Source: Chrysomallon squamiferum (lineage: Eukaryota; Animalia; Mollusca). Taken from it: a stretch of 64,000 nucleotides of DNA. The position numbers and the translations under genes are program-made. Positions within the stretch are counted from its first letter, which is position 1. The number at the start of each line of letters is the position of its first letter. Under the pieces are notes generated by a model, which had not been told where the DNA came from, ran no database searches, and worked only from the letters and a program-made list of their open reading frames with translations. This document shows, piece after piece, positions 41,645 to 64,000 of this stretch. The stretch is from NCBI GenBank assembly GCA_012295275.1, contig CM022673.1:10664001-10728000 (forward strand), written 5' to 3'.

Positions 41645-42466
41645 GAAAGATCTTGTGTAAAATCTGGCAATTCTTATAAAACCTTTAAGAAATTTATGAG
41701 AATAAAATAATCCACAAACAAGCTTATATTGAAATTATTATATCATCTAAAATGATAAACTGAACTTTGATTCAGAGTGGTTCAAAAACAAGTCACTATC
41801 TTCCTGTAAGCTCAGATATAAATACTATTACTGTCATTGATTATTCTTGTTATGGTCTCTGATAAACTGAAAATTATGCACATGTAATGATGCAATGTGA
41901 GTCTACTTCTAGTATTTTAAGAATATATATTACATTTTTCAGCATTAACGATTCACTGAACTCCCAAGTGATAAGAAAATTACACTTAATACTTATCAGA
42001 CAACTTGTTAGTGATACAGTTTTTGTATTGTATTAAAAATATCAATGTTTTTCTTTCTCTTTCATTGCAAAACTTTATTTCTGTTGTCTAATCTGTGTAA
42101 ATAAATGAAATTCTAATATCTGACACTAATCACACACCTTACGTTCTGATTTATTTGATCAGATTTGCAATGTTAATATATTTATTTTGAATATTAACAC
42201 TTCAGAGCCTTTCCTATTTTAAATCCTTTTACAATCGGATGATGATTCATTGATCGAAAAACACATTATGCTGATGCCCACCTACATTAATAATATCGAA
42301 AATCAGTGATTTTGTTCATTATTCATGATATGCTGCATGTATAAATAGAACTGAATACAGACCAAGAATTTGTGCATAGATAATATAGAAAATGCTTTTA
42401 TTTGCTCTTACGTTCTTTTTCGTGGTCATATCCTACCACTATGAAGTAGTCAGCCAGGCGAGACAT
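11753..42466 (-). CDS. SBF2: SET-binding factor / myotubularin-related protein 13-like pseudophosphatase (SBF1/SBF2 co-ortholog), 40 coding exons, about 2004 aa
   Basis: N-terminus [14 protein letters not shown], then DENN module, SBF2 region, GRAM, inactive myotubularin domain (CLEDGWDVT), C1 and PH domains. GT-AG exons read by hand (minus strand): 42466-42412, 41058-40973, 40463-40206, 39648-39546, 38922-38806, 38266-38134, 37678-37570, 37117-37004, 36445-36368, 35954-35841, 35472-35344, 34811-34713, 34146-33992, 33545-33380, 32830-32681, 31889-31821, 31283-31095, 30555-30442, 29744-29548, 28971-28805, 28589-28507, 28225-28030, 27321-27188, 26815-26639, 26189-26008, 25476-25287, 24683-24603, 24121-24012, 23378-23121, 18558-18386, 18115-17936, 17658-17554, 17176-16991, 16410-16102, 15482-15255, 14429-14126, 13727-13572, 12908-12772, 12311-12180, 11845-11753. 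Total is 6016 nt = 2005 codons + 1 extra base (frameshift in exon 24). Confidence 0.95.
13572..14429 (-). CDS. SBF2: SBF exons 36-37: coiled coil plus C1 (PKC-type zinc finger) domain
   Basis: [28 protein letters not shown]|[22 protein letters not shown] fits the H-x12-C-x2-C-x13-C-x2-C-x4-H-x2-C-x7-C pattern. Confidence 0.92.
14413..14770. repeat. Tandem repeat of about 88-90 bp (4 copies) spanning the SBF exon 36 acceptor
   Basis: 'tccagctg(g/a)tgcatgtcct(g/a)ccaaagaatat' recurs at about 14413, 14501, 14591 and 14679 (decayed). Confidence 0.9.
16102..18115 (-). CDS. SBF2: SBF exons 31-34: core of the catalytically inactive myotubularin phosphatase domain
   Basis: [19 protein letters not shown]|[34 protein letters not shown]...[10 protein letters not shown]|[12 protein letters not shown]. 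The active-site CSDGWDR is replaced by LEDGWDV, as in MTMR5/13. Confidence 0.95.
16387..16635. repeat. Tandem duplication (about 140 bp period) spanning the SBF exon 34 acceptor
   Basis: 'tgacaga.gaaa.t.at.gtgtatctgaaataaa.atacattt...aaattcattat.cttaaatatgtatc' occurs at about 16387 and about 16527. Confidence 0.85.
20911..20991. repeat. Perfect inverted repeat (31-bp arms, 19-nt spacer)
   Basis: ttatttaaatttattcaattttattttattt (20911-20941) is the exact reverse complement of aaataaaataaaattgaataaatttaaataa (20961-20991). Confidence 0.85.
21291..21329 (-). CDS. SBF2: Candidate 39-nt cassette exon of SBF (phase 1-1; adds (F)[12 protein letters not shown])
   Basis: ttcag|ttttgactatgccaaggcgtactcgaagaggctggccaa|gtatta. 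It is a GC-rich island in an AT-rich intron, open in the required frame, with length divisible by 3. Confidence 0.55.
21737..22006. mobile_element. piggyBac-like MITE (about 270 bp, TTAA target-site duplication)
   Basis: Left end TTAA|ctctttggactc and right end gagtccaaagga|TTAA (reverse complement tcctttggactc) give 12-bp imperfect TIRs compatible with a CCCTTT-type terminus. Both ends are flanked by TTAA and there is no ORF. Confidence 0.65.
24748..24962. repeat. Minisatellite, about 5-6 degenerate units of 35-50 bp (gaatca.gtgatattagaaaaaa...g.tattatcat)
   Basis: 'gtgatattaga' and variants recur at about 24758, 24814, 24858, 24902 and 24946. Confidence 0.75.
27188..28225 (-). CDS. SBF2: SBF exons 22-23: GRAM (PH-GRAM) domain
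   Basis: [30 protein letters not shown]...[25 protein letters not shown] / [16 protein letters not shown]...[12 protein letters not shown]. Confidence 0.92.
35344..42466 (-). CDS. SBF2: SBF exons 1-11: uDENN/DENN/dDENN Rab-GEF module
   Basis: [12 protein letters not shown]...[15 protein letters not shown]; YVYIPVLP...[14 protein letters not shown]; [11 protein letters not shown]; [16 protein letters not shown]; [17 protein letters not shown]. Confidence 0.93.
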
Positions 42467-42479
42467 GGCAATAATGTCA

Positions 42480-42795
42480 AATAATTAAGGCATTGCTTGA
42501 CTTTTCCCATCACTCTGTCGCCATTTTGACTTTTTGATACATTTTGTTGCATTTCCGGAATTTTTTGCATAAGGGGGATAATCGCATATTTAAAGGCAAA
42601 TATTATTTGTATTTACCCCATGAAAGGAGTTCAGATACGAAATAGAATAAAATAATATCAATAAAAATTAATAAAAATAATAAATATAAATAAATAAACA
42701 AAATAAATGTAATAAAATATATAAATAAAAAAATAAAAATAAAGAGGAATCTGAACTCTCATATATAAATATATTTATTTATTTATTTGTTTGTC

Positions 42796-42838
<43 letters not shown>

Positions 42839-43500
42839 TTTTGTTGTTGTTGTTGATACTGTTTATGTTGCACATGTATGCAAAAGTAGTTTGTAAGTGA
42901 AACCTGAGCCGATATATTTGCGGTTGTTTCTTGAAATATAGAAACAATTACGTGTCTATAAAACGCTGTATAATAAAACTGTTAGTGCTAAAAGTTTTAT
43001 TTTATTTTTTTAAATATTTTTTATCTTCATTTTAAATAATGCATGTCTGAAATTAAAGGATATAAAATATATATATATATATATATACTTATTCCGGTTT
43101 AATCTAAAATAAATATAATAATTATTTTACTCAAACTCAATTTATAGTAAGACATAAAAAAAAAATTAAAATAAGAAAAGAAAAAAAAAAAAAAGAAAAA
43201 GAAATAAAGCAGTAAGGTGAATCAATAAACGAAAGCATTCCTTTTTTTTTTTCTTTTTTTTCAGAATTGTATAAGGATAAAAGTTTTACACGAAAGGAAT
43301 CGAATACTCACGAACCTTTCCGAGTAACAAGAATGGAAATCGACGAAGGACCAGTCTAAACAAGGAAGTGGTTCTTCTTTTTTTCACCCCTTTTCTAGTT
43401 CATGTTCATCCCATGTAGTTTTCAGAATGGCATGTAAACTGCGACGGTGTTATTGATGATTAGAAGAAAGCAGGCTTTAGTGATCATTTTTAAATCAAGG
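42480..43500. promoter_or_regulatory. Probable bidirectional promoter shared by SBF (-) and VPS18 (+)
   Basis: The divergent start codons are 1.64 kb apart. On the SBF side there is a YY1-like CAAAATGGCG (minus strand, about 42528-42519) and an ETS-like TTCCGGAA (42553-42560). On the VPS18 side there is an ETS-like AAGGAAGTG (43362-43370) and locally raised CpG. No transcription start data are available. Confidence 0.6.
43330..43499 (+). other. VPS18: Candidate non-coding first exon of VPS18 (5' boundary approximate)
   Basis: Donor CAAG|GTATAT at 43499/43500. The VPS18 ATG is preceded by a strong acceptor (ttttttatttcag, ending 44094) only 9 nt upstream, which implies an upstream UTR exon. 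Confidence 0.5.
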
Positions 43501-44103
43501 TATATTGTCATTCTGTTTGTAGAAAAATTTAATAATCATCTGGAAATAAAATGAGGGAGGATCCCATTATTAAACTGCTACCCGGTCATCATCATGATAG
43601 TCACTTTGAAACAGTCAGATGACTCTTCTGAGTGATATCTGTTAACCTTTTTACATTTATCGTGGTTCTGTATGCGTCTCTGCATATATATGTATTTTGA
43701 TTTACTACTTAATAGTCTATATTTTTACTTGTGATATTCATCATATTGTCAACGATAATACTTTATTATAGAGTCAGAGACAGATCATATTCTCATTCTG
43801 TTATTTACACAAATTTGTTTTTTTATTATTTCGTATATGTCAAAATGTAGGGCCTTTAATTTAATTACTAAATGTAAATATTTAGTTTCATGTTGGATTA
43901 AATTAAAACATTAAATCAAAACTGTCTTATAAAAAAAACATTTGTTATACATATAATAAATCTATATATTATATGTATATCAGTGTGTGTGTGTGTTCCT
44001 CTGTTTGTGTGTGTGTGTGTGTGTGAGTGTGTGTGCAATTTGACTCCTAAATTCAATAATAAATAATAATATCAATATAATTTTTTTATTTCAGATTTTA
44101 ACA

Positions 44104-61925
<17,822 letters not shown>

Positions 61926-62342
61926 AAACAGATTGTTGTTTTACTGTTGTGTTTTTCTTTCAACTGTTACTGGGGAATACACTGGAGTATATGTCTGTTA
62001 TATCAAAAACATATAACACAGAATCTGGTATCGGTAAAATGTTATGCCAGTATGACATTTGATAAGGATTCATTATTTTTACCACACACTAAAATATAAT
62101 ATTGAAGACACTGCTTTGTCTAACATGCAAGCTTACATGAGTACATTGCTATACAGAATGTACAAAGCACGACTGCATTGACACAACGAATGTGCAAGTG
62201 TGAATACACGAGAAAGTAAAACAAACTGGCTGTCATTTGAAATTTTGTTGAACTTTATATTTAGTAAAGGTTGATTTTGAAACATGGTATGTAAAAACAG
62301 AATGTTAACAGTGAATTACTGAGAATGATATATATATATGAT

Positions 62343-62502
62343 AAAAGGTGAGTATCATCAACTGGGAGTTTTCTGTTCTTGTTGATGTACTTCATCAAAT
62401 ATCAACAAGGATATGGAAGTAAAAGAGAGCTTTATTGGTATCTATATGATAGTATATCTATATATATATATATATCTGTATGTATATGTGTGTGTGTATA
62501 AT
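62343..62502. repeat. Dispersed copy of 60460-60642 inside the VPS18 3' UTR
   Basis: 'aaaggtgagtatcatcaactgggag...ttgatgtac...catcaaatatcaacaaggatatggaagtaaa.gagagcttt.ttggtatct.tatgatagtatatctatata' is nearly identical in both places. Confidence 0.9.
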
Positions 62503-62543
62503 ATATATATATTGTTTTTATGAGATAGACAACATGTGACATT

Positions 62544-62549
62544 AATAAA
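62544..62549 (+). promoter_or_regulatory. Candidate VPS18 polyadenylation signal (AATAAA)
   Basis: AATAAA about 620 nt after the stop codon, followed by U/GU-rich sequence (ttattttgtt, ttgttgttttg). Confidence 0.4.
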
Positions 62550-64000
62550 TCATTACCAAATTTATTTTGTTATCAGACATCATAACACATCACTGAAATG
62601 CTGTGATGTATTGTTGTTTTGTTTTTTGAAAAAAGATACATTAGGAAAGATTTGCTAAATATGGTTTGTTGATAATATATCCATTTACAGAGTGCCCAAT
62701 ACACAACATTTGATGCTGTGTTCTGAGTTATGAGAAATGAACACATAACAGTGTATTGGTAAATAAATATTGTTTGTGATGTTTGCTGTCATGTGACTAA
62801 CCACAGTTGATTGTATTGTGTGTTTGTTTTTGTTGCATGAAATGAAGACACTGCAGTAATTGTCAGTTGTTTGGAGCATACTGTCACAGAGACAAAGGCA
62901 TTGTCTAAGCTGTACATTGTTAATAATATTGTTTATCGTCATCAAAAATATTTTTGTTTTTTAATTATGTATATATATGCATACACATACACAAACACAC
63001 ACACTGACATGCACAATAAACACATTTCAGTACAATTTAACTGCTTGGTGTATACATTTATCAGAGAAAAAAAAAGAAATTATGTTAGGTGTACATTACT
63101 AATAACAGTATTTGTAATCATCAAAAATGAACACTTGTTAAATGTATCTAATTTTATTTATTTATTTTTTTAAATTTATTTGTCATTACACAAAACAAAC
63201 ATATTTCATTGATAGATACTTTTATGAAAAAAAAAAAAAATGTTAGCAGTACATTTCTAATTATGTGTTTTTAGGAAAAAACACAACCATTAAGTTAATG
63301 CTACATGGAAATCATTGGTTATTAAGTGTGTTTTAATGTTATCGTGTAATGGTTTGAACAGTAAATATTCTTACCAGTCAGTGATTATATAAAATTCTGT
63401 CTATCTGTCCATCTAACTTTCTGTCTGTTTATCTGTCAGGGTTCCTTCATTGCATGATAGCTTATTATATATTAGCACATTTATTTATGAAGACAGAATA
63501 ACTGAAGAATAAACAAAATGTCAGCAAGCAAGAGAATTGAATACATCTGAATTCTTCAGCATATTTCAAGAATTGAACTTTTTTTTTATTTCTAAATACA
63601 TATAACTTCTGATCATTCCTGGAAATTTAAAAATCTATGTGCAATAAATACAAAAAGTTCATAAAAATGTGTATAATAATCTGTCATTGTTTTTTTATTC
63701 TATTAATCATTTATTTAAAAAAAAAAAAAAAAAAGAATTTTTTTTTGTACATTGGCACACTACATTATAGACCCTTCATCAAAGAGTACATAATAATCAT
63801 TCATATACATGATGCATCTGCTGACAGACAGAAATACAGATGCATGCAAAGTTAATACCCCTGTCTAAAACTCTTCTCTTTTAGGAATATTATAAATCTT
63901 ACATTTGGAAACATTTCAAAATCCAAAATATTCAGCAAACCATAAAAATATTTCAATAACAAAATATAAAAACTTTCACTCACACTATCAGGAAGTTAAT

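Noticed and set aside
63170-64000. 3' end of another convergent gene on the minus strand
   Set aside because: Only a TTTATT at 63175-63180 and A-rich skew; no coding sequence in the window to support it.

Overview
Very AT-rich, intron-dense animal genomic DNA, probably a lophotrochozoan or mollusc (inferred from composition and gene architecture only). It contains three genes. (1) The last coding exon (2-442, +) and T-rich 3' UTR of an unidentified gene. (2) A complete 40-exon SBF/MTMR13-like (SBF1/SBF2) pseudophosphatase on the minus strand (CDS 42466->11753, about 2004 aa; DENN, GRAM, inactive myotubularin, C1, PH). As assembled it has a 1-nt frameshift in exon 24, and it probably has a 3' UTR of about 8 kb. 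(3) A complete 28-coding-exon VPS18 gene on the plus strand (44104-61925, 983 aa, C-terminal RING-H2), head-to-head with SBF across a likely bidirectional promoter. Non-coding features include a Tigger/pogo deletion derivative, a piggyBac-like TTAA MITE, minisatellites and many microsatellites. I see no clear-cut new biological system. The best leads are a non-canonical U12-type intron in VPS18, repeated 'echo' copies of exon/splice-site boundaries inside introns and the 3' UTR, complementary (TC)n/(GA)n tracts bracketing a frame-preserving VPS18 exon, and candidate microexons and uORFs in SBF. All exon coordinates were read by hand and should be confirmed with RNA-seq.
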